From positions 1-49,877 of IMG/VR virus record IMGVR_UViG_3300025320_000144: a stretch of DNA of 49,877 nt. The stretch is one strand, 5' to 3'. The position numbers were made by a program, and so were the translations under genes. Of the stretch, positions 35,101 through 44,968 are shown one piece after another. Positions within the stretch are counted from its first letter, which is position 1. The number at the start of each line of letters is the position of its first letter. The stretch is from a virus (taxonomy: Duplodnaviria > Caudoviricetes). The notes under the pieces were generated by a model. The model saw only the letters and a program-made list of their open reading frames with translations, did no database searches and was not told where the DNA came from.

Positions 35101-37658
35101 TGGGCGATTTGACTGCCGCGATGGATGCGCAGTGGAAGAAGGCCGACGCGATCCCGGATCTGGAACTGGGAGCGGCACAAGATCTCAGCGGTGTGGCGCG
35201 CGGTATCGGGGGCGACAACGGCACTCCGACAATACTGTCGGACGGCTCTATCGACATGACTTCCCAGGCCGGGCAGACGCTGCAGGCGAACATGGACACC
35301 TGGGAGAAGGGCTACGACAAGGCCACCGAGAAGGCCAAGCGCCTCGCCGTGCAGTCTCATGAGACTGCCCAGCAGCAGAACGCCGATGTGCAGTCCGCCG
35401 GAGCCACCTATATCCAGAAGGCCGAGTCGGATCTCGCGGCGGCCGGGATACCGCAGCCAGCACTGGATCGTCTGTTCGCGAAGGAGCAACGCACCACCGG
35501 CCAGTTCAACTCGCAATTCAACGCCGACACGAGCGGCGCCATGTCCGCCCTCGATCAGCTGCAAGCGCAGGTCGATCTATACAAGAACGACATCACCGGC
35601 ATCCCGGCGCCCCTGCAGCTACGCAATTTCATGGCCAACCCCAACGATCAGTCTTGGCATCCGCAGATCCCGACCACACCCCCGGCGCCTCCTGCGCAGA
35701 ACTGGCAGGGTCTGCTGCCGCATGCGGAGGGCGGCGAGATCACCGGCGGCATCCCGGGCAAGGACTCGGTGCCGCTCATCGGCATGCCGGGCGAGCACAT
35801 GCTCGACACCGACGACGTCACCCGGCTCGGTGGTCAGCCAGGCGTCTACCGGCTGCGGGCCGCGTTGAAGCACGGTGCCGTCCCGCACTACGACGTCGGC
35901 GGCGCGGTCACCGCGCAGCCGGCCTCGGCGGCGAACCGCGCGCAGCAGCTCGAGCAGTACGCGCAAGGGCTGGCCGGCCTGCCGTATGGCGGCGAGTGGG
36001 ACTGCTCGGGCCTGCAGAGCCATCTCGCCCTCGAGGCTGTCGGGCTATCCCCGGATTCGGGCCGCATGTCCACCGCCAACGAGGGCGATTGGGTGAACGC
36101 CCTCGGCTTCAAGACCGGCCTCGGGCGGCCCGGCGATTTCCAGCTGGGCTGGATAAACGACCCGAGCATGCCGGGCGGTGGCCACACTGCATCGACGCTG
36201 CCCAACGGCGTCGACACCGAGTCCAACGGCGATGCCGGTGTCCAATACGGCGGCAAGGCGATCGGCGCGTTGAACGGCCTGTTCAACCAGCACGCTTACC
36301 TGTCGATGGGCACCGGCGCCGGGATCGTCTCCACTAACGGCGACTCGACCGCGAATGCGGACACCACTACCACACAGAACGTGCTGTTTCCGCAGACGGC
36401 ACTGCCGGGTGCGATGTCGGATGAGCAGATCGACGTGTTGCAGCAGCGTGCGGCGGTCGATAGCGCCAACTCCGAACGTAACCAGATCTATGCGGATCCG
36501 AAATCGACGGCCGCGGATAAGAAGGCAGAGGACCTGAAATACGACAAGGCCGCCAATGCGTACGGCAAAGCGCTGCAGCAGCAGGGATCCGGCGGCGCGG
36601 CGACCTTGTTCTCGGCGCAGGGGGCGGGTCAGGCACTGGGTATCGGCCTGGGCACCGTCATCGGGTCGGCGATCGGTGCGTCGATCCCCGGCGGCCCGGG
36701 GCAGGCAGCGAACGCTGGCCTCGGTGCCACCTTCGGGGACAAGTTCGGTGGCCAGCTGGGGAGCACTCTGGCCGGAGGGGTGCTGGGCATGTTCGGGCTG
36801 GATCAGTCGGTCCTTTCGTCCTCGAATTCGTGGAATCAGGCGTTCCAGAAGGGTATTGGCGATGCGGGCGCGGGCCTGCCCGGCAGCTCGCTGGGCTATA
36901 TGTACACCCCGCAGAACCTCCCGGAGTCGGTCGTCACGGTGACTCCGCAGGCCGCGGCCCCGACCACGCCGGGACTGGCGGGTGCGGCCCCGTCCGCGTC
37001 GACGTCCTCGGGTGCGGGCGGGGCGACCACGCCGCAGGCCGCGGTGCAGAAGGCGGTGGCCGGGGACGGCTGGAACACGGGCCCGGAGTGGGATGCCCTG
37101 AACCAGTTGATCACCGGCGAATCGTCCTGGAATCCGATGGCGTCGGCCGAGCCCGCCTCGGATGCGTTCGGGCTGTTCCAGTTTCTCTCGACGACCTGGG
37201 GGACGGTCGGCGGTCAGATCACCTCGGACCCGTACCAGCAGGCCGTTTACGGTGAGCGGTACATCAAGCAGAAGTATGGCGACCCCGAGAGCGCGCTCAC
37301 ATTCTGGGAGAGCCAGAACCCGCATTGGTACGACGACGGCGGTATCGCTGACGGTACGGGCCTGATGGCGAAGAAGGTACTTCAGCCCGAGCGTGTTCTC
37401 AGCCCGCAGCAGACCGACAGCTTCGACCGGCTCGTGGCCACGCTGGACCGCGGGTCCGGCTGGACGTCCCGCTCGTCGTCGGCCGCGCCCGCGTGGGGTG
37501 CGACGGCGACGCTGCCGCAGCCGAGCGGCGACACCCATCACCACTACGGCTCAACGGTCAACGCCGGGACGGTGGTCAACGCGGACGAGTTGACGAGCAT
37601 CTTGAACAGGCAGCAGGCGATGGCGCAGCTCGGCGCGATGGCGGCGATGCCGGGATGA
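32130..37658 (+). CDS. Tape measure protein with C-terminal peptidase-like and lytic transglycosylase-like domains
   Basis: 1842 aa, Ala-rich; WDCSG...GGHT; GESSWNP.A...AFGLFQFL..TW. Confidence 0.95.
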   Translation: MPDFQAGSASVRIGIDMRQFDRDLEGELKARDVELAIGIKPSDTAMADLQTKLDAMSKAADLHVTVGIRTDTAAATTEMEAWRAEQDLKPLHQRVAVDKDSVAGAKSDISKARSDIAKAFGEFGSGAQLSLGTIAIQGIPGAIAGLLSVADAAAKASHAVALIPAIGFAGGAGAAALATGIHGIPDALKDYTSLDKDPNATAQKQVDVSNEVTAAQSRLRLEQTNLTDTMRTESRAIRDMNDDFTASKLATDGAALSASEAAKRLTEVMHDPTADADTRKQAQLDSQEAIGRLTQQQNKQQDLTQDTARANALGVDGSRQVVAAMQQVTDAVNEVAKAENALKRGGAMADLDAALAKLSPNARALVEEFHSLSPELQDIRRSSQDALTNGLAADFGALATTQLPNVKTGLTEIDAAINTGLRSSLHELSTAGEQVDFGVSLHNTALGFENAAGAAAPLTHAMTTLVTVGTGFFPVWGEGLTHLGEEFDSLVTKSAGNGNLVTWIQEGDTAIKELGTGLDHVGSSVASVFRAAADEGSGLQGFDDWSSHISSFLKSVQGQDDLQTFFMDGRSELEKWKPVLEDIPAIVKQVVDVTRTWSDLTMPFLKTTADLLGQHPILLETVLLSYLRLKTVSPILDGVKAGWGAIAKSMDAVNSKSDDSGTGAASKNAATSALAVEAATLRVAQAKATEASTQDRLAIATRRAAVALENSGADSIAYEAAAARVAAANRTIETSAAATELAIKRLDVAEAGTATGGGLSEEESQVGRFAKLRGAAQGVMGLLGGPWGIAMLAGGVAVTGFVSSVDAGTQAVQRFQDQSRESATAAADLQKAVQTSGGKLDPSVLDQETQSITQLRTQMEANAKDTPGWMDTITASYASVFSEISGGIGKGVAANEDLRESTDATSSAVKAAFGDLGLSDQQLADTVSGSQGAFDSVEQRLEVMGAGGEDAAAKLRDLRGELGQDQADAADAVGQAFQKIGDTAQTAADSVGDLTAAMDAQWKKADAIPDLELGAAQDLSGVARGIGGDNGTPTILSDGSIDMTSQAGQTLQANMDTWEKGYDKATEKAKRLAVQSHETAQQQNADVQSAGATYIQKAESDLAAAGIPQPALDRLFAKEQRTTGQFNSQFNADTSGAMSALDQLQAQVDLYKNDITGIPAPLQLRNFMANPNDQSWHPQIPTTPPAPPAQNWQGLLPHAEGGEITGGIPGKDSVPLIGMPGEHMLDTDDVTRLGGQPGVYRLRAALKHGAVPHYDVGGAVTAQPASAANRAQQLEQYAQGLAGLPYGGEWDCSGLQSHLALEAVGLSPDSGRMSTANEGDWVNALGFKTGLGRPGDFQLGWINDPSMPGGGHTASTLPNGVDTESNGDAGVQYGGKAIGALNGLFNQHAYLSMGTGAGIVSTNGDSTANADTTTTQNVLFPQTALPGAMSDEQIDVLQQRAAVDSANSERNQIYADPKSTAADKKAEDLKYDKAANAYGKALQQQGSGGAATLFSAQGAGQALGIGLGTVIGSAIGASIPGGPGQAANAGLGATFGDKFGGQLGSTLAGGVLGMFGLDQSVLSSSNSWNQAFQKGIGDAGAGLPGSSLGYMYTPQNLPESVVTVTPQAAAPTTPGLAGAAPSASTSSGAGGATTPQAAVQKAVAGDGWNTGPEWDALNQLITGESSWNPMASAEPASDAFGLFQFLSTTWGTVGGQITSDPYQQAVYGERYIKQKYGDPESALTFWESQNPHWYDDGGIADGTGLMAKKVLQPERVLSPQQTDSFDRLVATLDRGSGWTSRSSSAAPAWGATATLPQPSGDTHHHYGSTVNAGTVVNADELTSILNRQQAMAQLGAMAAMPG

Positions 37659-38551
37659 GCGACTACCTGCGGTTCACGCTGATCGGTGCGACCGGGCGCG
37701 AGTGGGACCTCACGCGGTCGAGCCGTGAAGGTGTCGAATTACGTACGGGCGCACAGCAATTCATTGACGCACCCGCGAAAACCTTCTGGATCAAATCGGT
37801 GTACGGCCAGACCTATCAGGGGTTTCAATGGGCCAGACGCGAGCCGACATTCGCTGTGACGATCGCAGGCAAGACGGCTGACCGGTGGGAGCAGCTGGAT
37901 TCGGATTTCCGTGATGACCTGGGCATGTACAACAACACGTTCTCGATCCGAGCCGAGACGGGAAGCACGTCCCGGACGCTGTGCATGCGTCTGCTCGAAC
38001 AGCCCGAGGCGTACACCAAGGGTGATTGGGAGGGCAAGGACCCGCACCTGTTCCGGGCCTCGACCCTGGCGATCCCGGCGGCATGCGAGTTGGGATTCTG
38101 GGTGGGTCAGTCCCTGGTGTCCCCTCCGTGCACATTCTCGACCGGCAATGGCACCCAATGGATTCCGGTAGTCAATTACGGCGATGTGCCGATCTGGTTG
38201 ACCTGGAATCTGCCCGCACCGGGTACCTGGACGGTCCCGGATTACTCGTGGGGGCAGGAGGAGGAGTTCGGGTATGTAAATGGTGAATGGGCTACGCGCA
38301 CAGTCACATTGAGTCCACTGACGAGCGGTGAGGATCTGGTGCTGAACACCGATCCGAACACGAAGCAGATGATCGCGGCCAACGGCGACCCCGTGCAACA
38401 GAGAAACGGCGGCATCCAACTCATTTTCCCCGTGGCGCCGAAGACGCCTCCCACGCTGGTCCCGCTCGAGCTGGTCGGCGGTAACGCAGGCGCGACAGCG
38501 TACGTCACCTGCCCGAGCTGGTTCTCGCGGCCGTGGGGGGTTTCGCTGTGA
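37655..38551 (+). CDS. Minor tail protein (distal tail-like)
   Basis: Follows the tape measure gene; NYGDVP.W..W, WTVPDYSW, WFSRPWG. Confidence 0.85.
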   Translation: MSDYLRFTLIGATGREWDLTRSSREGVELRTGAQQFIDAPAKTFWIKSVYGQTYQGFQWARREPTFAVTIAGKTADRWEQLDSDFRDDLGMYNNTFSIRAETGSTSRTLCMRLLEQPEAYTKGDWEGKDPHLFRASTLAIPAACELGFWVGQSLVSPPCTFSTGNGTQWIPVVNYGDVPIWLTWNLPAPGTWTVPDYSWGQEEEFGYVNGEWATRTVTLSPLTSGEDLVLNTDPNTKQMIAANGDPVQQRNGGIQLIFPVAPKTPPTLVPLELVGGNAGATAYVTCPSWFSRPWGVSL

Positions 38552-40302
38552 CCGCACTCCTGGATGTCGACTGGCTGACCGTCGACGACATACCCGATAC
38601 ATGGGCCGAGTGCGAGCAGATCCGGCAGCAGCGCGTCGCATGGCGGCAAGCCCCGCCGAACGTCCGCATGTGGACGAATCCCGCGGATGGATTCGAAGAC
38701 GACGGGGTCGCGTTCGTCGGCTCTTGCGCCGACAACGTGAGCGGGTCGTTCCCGTGGCGCAATAAGATCACCGACCCGGGCACCGGCACGCTGAGGCTGC
38801 GCACCGATCACCCTGTTGCGCGATGGCTGTTTCAGGTCGCGATCACGACGGACAACTCGATCACCAAGGCCAACACGATCATCACCGTCGATCATATGGG
38901 CGGCACAAAACGCTGGTCGGGGCTGCTGAAGAATTGGAAGCTCGTCAAGGATGCATCCGGTGTCCGCTACGTCGATTGCACATTCATCGATGATCTGCAG
39001 TATTTCCAGTACACGCTGTGCCCGCCCAATCCAGTGTTGCCTATTGAGGTCTTCCAATGGCCCAGGGACTTCCCGGTTTTCGGTCCATCGAAATGGTGCA
39101 TTTCCCTCCTATACCTGCTCCAGCTGATCAGGATCAACGGCAACCTGTGGAATATCCCATCCGACCCATTCGACCTGTCCAGCTGGGATGCGCTATTCGA
39201 CTGGTCGTCGTGGCAGACGTTCATTATGGCCGACCCGTTCGACCTCGATGATTCATCTTTGGACACGTTTTTCGGCGTGAGAATGGATCGCTTCGATCAA
39301 GCTGTCGCGGATTCGATGGAGGCCGCCCAGCTGACCATGACCTACCGTCGGATCCTGACCGTCGACGGCGAGACGTGCCCCGTCCCAGGCGTGCCCACCT
39401 GCCGCAACGGTGCGTGCGTGTTCCAGGTCGTCGACAATTCGGGCTACTTTGCACCGGCGGGCACCGGCACAGCGGGCGCGCTGGCCCTCGGTATCTCCCG
39501 CACCGTTACCGAGTTCCTCGAGGGCGGCATCGAGACAATCCTCGTCCCGACCACCGACGCGGAGAATATCCAGCCCGAGGAGTACTACATACCCGGTTGG
39601 CAGGGCACGATGCCCGCGTTCCCGTGGGTGTCGGTGATAGATGGCCCGTACACGTCGATCGAGACATCAGAACTCACTTACTCACCGGCCACCGCGGGAT
39701 CTGTCATCGTGGGCGGCGATAATCCGCTCGCCGATAATCTGGCCAATCTGACCATCGAGGCGGTTGGCGATATCGCCGGATTTCTATTGTCCGGTGGATT
39801 TGTCGACAACGCCGGAGATATCGCCGCCTCGGTGATCTATCCGTTTATCGTCGGCACTATCGCGGCATGGGATCAGGTCACCAATAATTCGCGCGTGCAC
39901 AATCTCGGCTGGGTGCATCTACCCGAAATTCTGGGTCAAGGGGCGAACAATAATTCATGGTCCCTTAGTGCGATCATGGCGTTCAGTGCGGCATTCACAT
40001 TGACCGCCGCGCAGACCGCGCACACATTCACCCTGGGCGGCAGCGACGCCCACCTCCCGGGCGTGGACTACGACATCGGGACCCGCATCAGCTCAACGGA
40101 TCTCGAGATCACCAACGTCTTGTTTGTGGACCAGGTCGAGCAGATGGTCCTGGCCTGGGATTACAGCCAGAACCGGCCCCCTGACTACGAGGTCCAGGTG
40201 GGCAACTCGGACGCGAAACTCACTCAGGCACAACGCATTGCGCGGCTCATGGCCAAGATGTCGGCCTACGCGAGCGACGTCGGCGTCCACCTCATCAGCT
40301 AG
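38548..40302 (+). CDS. Minor tail protein (baseplate hub-like)
   Basis: RWSG, PNP.LP...Q.PR; position. Confidence 0.85.
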   Translation: MTALLDVDWLTVDDIPDTWAECEQIRQQRVAWRQAPPNVRMWTNPADGFEDDGVAFVGSCADNVSGSFPWRNKITDPGTGTLRLRTDHPVARWLFQVAITTDNSITKANTIITVDHMGGTKRWSGLLKNWKLVKDASGVRYVDCTFIDDLQYFQYTLCPPNPVLPIEVFQWPRDFPVFGPSKWCISLLYLLQLIRINGNLWNIPSDPFDLSSWDALFDWSSWQTFIMADPFDLDDSSLDTFFGVRMDRFDQAVADSMEAAQLTMTYRRILTVDGETCPVPGVPTCRNGACVFQVVDNSGYFAPAGTGTAGALALGISRTVTEFLEGGIETILVPTTDAENIQPEEYYIPGWQGTMPAFPWVSVIDGPYTSIETSELTYSPATAGSVIVGGDNPLADNLANLTIEAVGDIAGFLLSGGFVDNAGDIAASVIYPFIVGTIAAWDQVTNNSRVHNLGWVHLPEILGQGANNNSWSLSAIMAFSAAFTLTAAQTAHTFTLGGSDAHLPGVDYDIGTRISSTDLEITNVLFVDQVEQMVLAWDYSQNRPPDYEVQVGNSDAKLTQAQRIARLMAKMSAYASDVGVHLIS

Positions 40303-40311
40303 GAGCACACG

Positions 40312-40836
40312 ATGACCGATCCCGATCCGGAACGCGCCGCAGGCATCGCCGCGCTGGCCCGGGTGCTGGATTCGCTGCCCGCCCGCAACGACAAGGTGCG
40401 CCCGACGCCGCTGCATCCGAAGACGCGCGAGCAGCTCGCCGAAGAGCAGTACGACCGTGGGCTGCGACTGCATCCCGAGCTGGCGATGAAGTTTCCCATC
40501 CCCGGCCGTCAGGCCCCGGGCGTCCCGGCGTACATGAGCCTGCCGCAGTGGGTGGATGCCGACCGGTACGCGCGGCACCTGCGTGACAACCCGCAGCAGG
40601 CGACCGAAGCGCCGGCGCCCGGGGCGACCCTCGAGCAGCTCCGCAAGATCTTCGAAATCACGAATCCGCAAGCGGCGGCGACGTTGCCGACGCTCGACGA
40701 TGCCGAGCTCGCAGCACAGCGTGAGGAGTACGCGGCGAAGCTGCCCGGCGCGTTCGCGAAGCTGCAGCAGATCGCCGCCCGCAATCGCAATTTGCAAGGT
40801 GCCCAACAGAACCCGAGAGGAGCAGGATCGGCATGA
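40312..40836 (+). CDS. DUF2744-like minor tail-region protein
   Basis: GLRLHPEL motif; position. Confidence 0.55.
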   Translation: MTDPDPERAAGIAALARVLDSLPARNDKVRPTPLHPKTREQLAEEQYDRGLRLHPELAMKFPIPGRQAPGVPAYMSLPQWVDADRYARHLRDNPQQATEAPAPGATLEQLRKIFEITNPQAAATLPTLDDAELAAQREEYAAKLPGAFAKLQQIAARNRNLQGAQQNPRGAGSA

Positions 40837-41075
40837 ACAAAGTGATCTCCCTGGCCGAATCGCAGCCGGCCCGCGTGTATTTCTATCCGGCGGTCGTCGC
40901 GATGGTGGCCTATCTGGCCAGCCGCGGCACTCTGGATCACGACACGGCCGACTGGATCACCAGCATCGTCGCTGCCATGGTGGGTGTCGGCGCGACCGAG
41001 AGTGTGCATGCGTCGGTCCGGCCGAAGTCGTTGCCGCAGAGCCCGGACGAGCCGCCGGCCGCACCGAAGGTCTGA
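40833..41075 (+). CDS. Holin-like membrane protein
   Basis: QPARVY.Y; two hydrophobic segments; V.P tail. Confidence 0.7.
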   Translation: MNKVISLAESQPARVYFYPAVVAMVAYLASRGTLDHDTADWITSIVAAMVGVGATESVHASVRPKSLPQSPDEPPAAPKV

Positions 41076-41077
41076 CC

Positions 41078-41677
41078 GTGCGACCTACACACTCGGAGGG
41101 GCGCCATCCCGTCGAGGTCGGTCTGCTGGCCTCGTGCGCTGCATGCGGTGTACTGCGCGTCCTCGCTGCCGCGGAGCCCAGCGTCGTACAGGCGGCAATG
41201 GGAACGTTCTGGAGCGCAGCGTGGGGTGCACTCCTGTTTGTCGGGTCTGCGCTGGCGCTGGCCGGGGTGTACTGGCCCGGCTCGCTCGAGGCGAGCTTGA
41301 ACATCGAACGCGCCGGGCTGGCGGCTGTGTGCGGGGCACTCCTGGCGGCAGTCTCTGTGATCTTGTATCGGACCCCTCCGGCCGAGGGCATCGCGGCTCC
41401 GATTGTGGCCGGCATCGGTTCTGGCCTCTTAGTCCGGATTTGGCAGGTGAGCAGGGTGATTCGGCGCGCGAATGCTCGCGCCGTGGCGATCGGGATGGTG
41501 GAAGATGCTGCAGTTTTGGATACCGATGGGCGTGTCTCTTCTGGGGGCGAACGGCGCGGTCTGGGCCCTGGTCAACTGGCGGATCAACCATCAGAAAGCC
41601 CCGGTCGACAGGGCCGCGTCGTTCACCGAGATGGCCGAACGGATCGCGATCAACGCGGAAAAGGCGGCCCAGCGTGA
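41078..41677 (+). CDS. Multi-pass (about 4 TM) lysis-cassette membrane protein
   Basis: Hydrophobic helices; IERAGL motif. Confidence 0.65.
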   Translation: MRPTHSEGRHPVEVGLLASCAACGVLRVLAAAEPSVVQAAMGTFWSAAWGALLFVGSALALAGVYWPGSLEASLNIERAGLAAVCGALLAAVSVILYRTPPAEGIAAPIVAGIGSGLLVRIWQVSRVIRRANARAVAIGMVEDAAVLDTDGRVSSGGERRGLGPGQLADQPSESPGRQGRVVHRDGRTDRDQRGKGGPA

Positions 41678-41891
41678 GCACGAGGACAACGAGCGCCTGC
41701 GTCAAGCGAACGAGCGCCTGTCCGAGGAAGTGCGCGCCCTCCGCGAGGAAGTAGCGGAGCTACGTCACCGGCTCGCGCGGATGCAACAGGACGTGAGCGC
41801 GACGCGCACCGCGGTGGAACGTCAAGTCATCGCGGAGGAGCTGCACTGGCTCGGAGCCGATGCTCCCGATTTGAATCAGAATAATGACTGA
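41505..41891 (+). CDS. Membrane-anchored coiled-coil lysis-cassette protein
   Basis: N-terminal hydrophobic segment, then heptad repeats. Confidence 0.7.
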   Translation: MLQFWIPMGVSLLGANGAVWALVNWRINHQKAPVDRAASFTEMAERIAINAEKAAQREHEDNERLRQANERLSEEVRALREEVAELRHRLARMQQDVSATRTAVERQVIAEELHWLGADAPDLNQNND

Positions 41892-42717
41892 AATGACTGA
41901 AAGGTCTACTGTGACAACGAGATACAAGCTCGGCAAGAAGCCCGCGCGCCCGGGCGCGGCGAAGCTGCGCCTGTCCACATATCTGCCCAAAGACACGATC
42001 AAGGGCATCCCGCCGGTATTCGGATATCAGAAGGACGTCGCTGTCTGGGGGATGCTGGGCAACGATACTGTCGGCGATTGCGCCGAGGCGGACGCATGGC
42101 ATCAAACGATGCTCTTGAACAGCGAGCAGATTCCGCCGCGGTTGATCGACGTCACTGATCAGACGGCGATCCAAACATATTCCGCCGTCACGGGTTTCGA
42201 TCCAAGCCAGACGGACGCGGCCGGCAACAACCCGACCGACCAGGGCACCGACGTATTGCAGCTGGCCGAGTATCGGCGCACCGTCGGCCTCACAGATGCC
42301 GCCGGCACCGTGCACCGGGTCGGCGCCTATCTCGCGCTGGACCAAGGCAACGTCTCGCAGCTGCGGGCGGCCATTTACCTTTTCGGGGGTGCCGTCAGTA
42401 TCGGTGTGCAACTGCCGGATTCGGCGCAAACCCAGTTCCAGAACGGGGACGCGTGGTCGCCGGTGGCAGGTGCGCAGATCGAGGGCGGCCACTGCATTAC
42501 GGGGGTCGCGGGCGACAACGACGGCAACATCGGCGTGATCACCTGGGGTGCGTTCCAGTGGATGACCAGCGCGTTTTACCGCCGATACAACGACGAGAGC
42601 ATCGTGTACTTGAGCACGGAATTCCTCACGGCCAGCGTCTCGCCCGAGGGCTTCGACCTGGCTCAGTTGACCGCCAACATGGCCGAACTGCCCGCGCTGG
42701 CGGATCTCGGGGCCTGA
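41884..42717 (+). CDS. Papain-like Cys peptidase, candidate endolysin
   Basis: MLGND.VGDC, GGHC, ITWG; located in the lysis cassette; start uncertain. Confidence 0.65.
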   Translation: MTEMTERSTVTTRYKLGKKPARPGAAKLRLSTYLPKDTIKGIPPVFGYQKDVAVWGMLGNDTVGDCAEADAWHQTMLLNSEQIPPRLIDVTDQTAIQTYSAVTGFDPSQTDAAGNNPTDQGTDVLQLAEYRRTVGLTDAAGTVHRVGAYLALDQGNVSQLRAAIYLFGGAVSIGVQLPDSAQTQFQNGDAWSPVAGAQIEGGHCITGVAGDNDGNIGVITWGAFQWMTSAFYRRYNDESIVYLSTEFLTASVSPEGFDLAQLTANMAELPALADLGA

Positions 42718-42720
42718 GGT

Positions 42721-44607
42721 ATGGGCTCTCCGCTGGGCTCGGGCGATTTCGACACCAGCGCACCGGGCGCGGTCACCGGTGGCGACGGATCGGTGTCGGC
42801 GCTCGTCAACAACACGCAGGCCAATGTCACGAGCGCGCTGCAGGCCCAGCAGCAGGCCAGCCCGGCATGGAACGGTGCGAGCGGAACGTTTTTCGGCACG
42901 ATCCTGGGCGGCTTCTCGTCTGGGCCGGGCCTCGTCACTTCCGCCACCGACGATCTGCTCGCGTCCCTCTGTGACGCGATCACCGGGTTTACTAGCGGTC
43001 TCATCGACTTGTCCGGCTGGGCGACATCCCTACGTGCCGACGCGACCACCGCGTTGGACGGCACGTCCACCATCTCCACCGGCATCACGAACGAGATCAC
43101 CGGCGCCCTTGCAAGCTCGCTCCCCGCGGGCGTCGCTCCGGCAGTGCAGCTGCTCAATTACACAGTGCAGGCGTCCGGCTCGACACCGTTGATCGACATC
43201 TACAACACGCCCGGCACCTGGACCGCGGCACCTGCCGCGACGACCGTGGATCTGGCGCTGATGGCGGCCTCGGGAGGTAGCGCGCAGGGCGGCATGGGCA
43301 CTACCGGCGCGGCGGGCGGCGCGGGCGGCGCCGGCGGTTACAGCGTGTTCACTGGGATCGCGGTGTCGGGTTTGCCGTCGTCGTGCGCGGTCGATGTCGG
43401 TGTGGGTGGCACCGGCGGTCAGAACGCAGTGACCTCGGATCAGACCACTTTCGTCGAGGCCAACACGACGAATCTGGGATCGGTCTGGCGCATTGATAGC
43501 GGTACAGCGAGCCCTCAAGTCTTGAACGATGCCGCCGAGGCGGCGCCGATGAGCTCGGGCAGCGGCGAGAACGGCATGTGGGCGACCCGGATCGGGACCG
43601 CCCTGCTGTCGGACGACTACATCATTCAGGCCCAGCTGACGGCACCGACAAACTCCGAAGCGACCAACAATTATTCGGGCGTCTACGTCGCCGCGCCCGT
43701 CACATACGGTGCTGGCACGAAACTCGTGGTTTTCGCCGGAAATACAGGTAGCGGCTGTGGGCTTTTCACGCAGACGAACGCGCCCGCAGCTCCATATATC
43801 GCGAATGGTGCGCAGACCGGACAGACCGTCGTCGCGAGCATCGCCACCCCGTTCACTAATACGTCGCTGATCGCGCTGGGCCGAGTCGGGAATGTCTTCA
43901 CCGGATATATCGACGGCGCGGCGATCGTGACATGGACCGACACGGGCAATACGGTACCTACCGGATCAGGCGACAGGGGCTGGGGTTTCGTCGTCGAGGG
44001 CAACTATCCGTCGTTTCAGCAACAGTTCGACTCGCCGGCCATCTCCACAATCGGGGCCCGTGACATCGGCGTCAACTCGCAGCCGGGCACCGACGGCGGC
44101 GACACGTCGTTCAACGGCGCCAGCTATGTGGCCACCGGCGGGACCGGCGGTGTGGGCGGCGGCATCGATTCTGGTGGCACCCGGCGACCGTCCAGCGGCT
44201 CGTTCTTGCTGACCGATACAGCGTGGAACGGCACGCAGGGCACCGGTAATCAGGGCTCGATCAATCCGGCGGGCGGCATCGGCGCCGCTGGCCAGAGCAG
44301 CCACTCGCCGAGCGGCGCCGCAGGGGGCGACGGCCTCAATACCGGCGGTGGTGCGGCGGGCACCTCCGGATCGCTGAACGGTGCGCCGGGCACGTCGCCC
44401 GCGGGTGGCGTGTACGGCCCGGGAAGCGGCGGCGGCGGCGGATATTGGGTGACCGGCATAACCGGGCAGGCGGGTCAGGGCGGCGCGGGCGCATTCCCCG
44501 GCGGCGCACCCGGCGGAGGGGGCGCAACCCTCGACGGCCAGGGCAGCAACGGGCCCGGCAACGCGGGCAGCGACGGGCAAGCAGTTGTCACAACACGGTT
44601 CACGTAG
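42721..44607 (+). CDS. Glycine-rich minor tail/receptor-binding protein
   Basis: Gly-rich segments flanking a beta-rich domain. Confidence 0.8.
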   Translation: MGSPLGSGDFDTSAPGAVTGGDGSVSALVNNTQANVTSALQAQQQASPAWNGASGTFFGTILGGFSSGPGLVTSATDDLLASLCDAITGFTSGLIDLSGWATSLRADATTALDGTSTISTGITNEITGALASSLPAGVAPAVQLLNYTVQASGSTPLIDIYNTPGTWTAAPAATTVDLALMAASGGSAQGGMGTTGAAGGAGGAGGYSVFTGIAVSGLPSSCAVDVGVGGTGGQNAVTSDQTTFVEANTTNLGSVWRIDSGTASPQVLNDAAEAAPMSSGSGENGMWATRIGTALLSDDYIIQAQLTAPTNSEATNNYSGVYVAAPVTYGAGTKLVVFAGNTGSGCGLFTQTNAPAAPYIANGAQTGQTVVASIATPFTNTSLIALGRVGNVFTGYIDGAAIVTWTDTGNTVPTGSGDRGWGFVVEGNYPSFQQQFDSPAISTIGARDIGVNSQPGTDGGDTSFNGASYVATGGTGGVGGGIDSGGTRRPSSGSFLLTDTAWNGTQGTGNQGSINPAGGIGAAGQSSHSPSGAAGGDGLNTGGGAAGTSGSLNGAPGTSPAGGVYGPGSGGGGGYWVTGITGQAGQGGAGAFPGGAPGGGGATLDGQGSNGPGNAGSDGQAVVTTRFT

Positions 44608-44620
44608 AGGAGGCACGCGC

Positions 44621-44968
44621 ATGGATGACCCGTTGCGGGACGCAACCGGACAGCTGCTCAAGATGTGGGTGTGTCCAGACTGTCCCCCCACTCGGATGCA
44701 TGACCGTCACCGCACTCGGGTGCATCTTCACCCGGACCCCGACCATCCGAGCCAGGACGCCACACGCGATTTCATTCGTGAGCACCAATATGTTCATGAG
44801 CAGCATCTACTCCGCTGCGCCGGCGATCGCAGCATGATGCAACTCGCGCTCCGATACCCGGCGCTGCATGCCGGGATCATCCAGGTATACGGCCCGATCG
44901 AGGATCTCACCGCCGAGCATCGAGCGCAGATTCTGCAATCGGCAGGATTCAAGGACGGTGATTCCTGA
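44621..44968 (+). CDS. His-rich hypothetical protein
   Basis: GAGGAGG RBS; CPDC. Confidence 0.65.
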   Translation: MDDPLRDATGQLLKMWVCPDCPPTRMHDRHRTRVHLHPDPDHPSQDATRDFIREHQYVHEQHLLRCAGDRSMMQLALRYPALHAGIIQVYGPIEDLTAEHRAQILQSAGFKDGDS

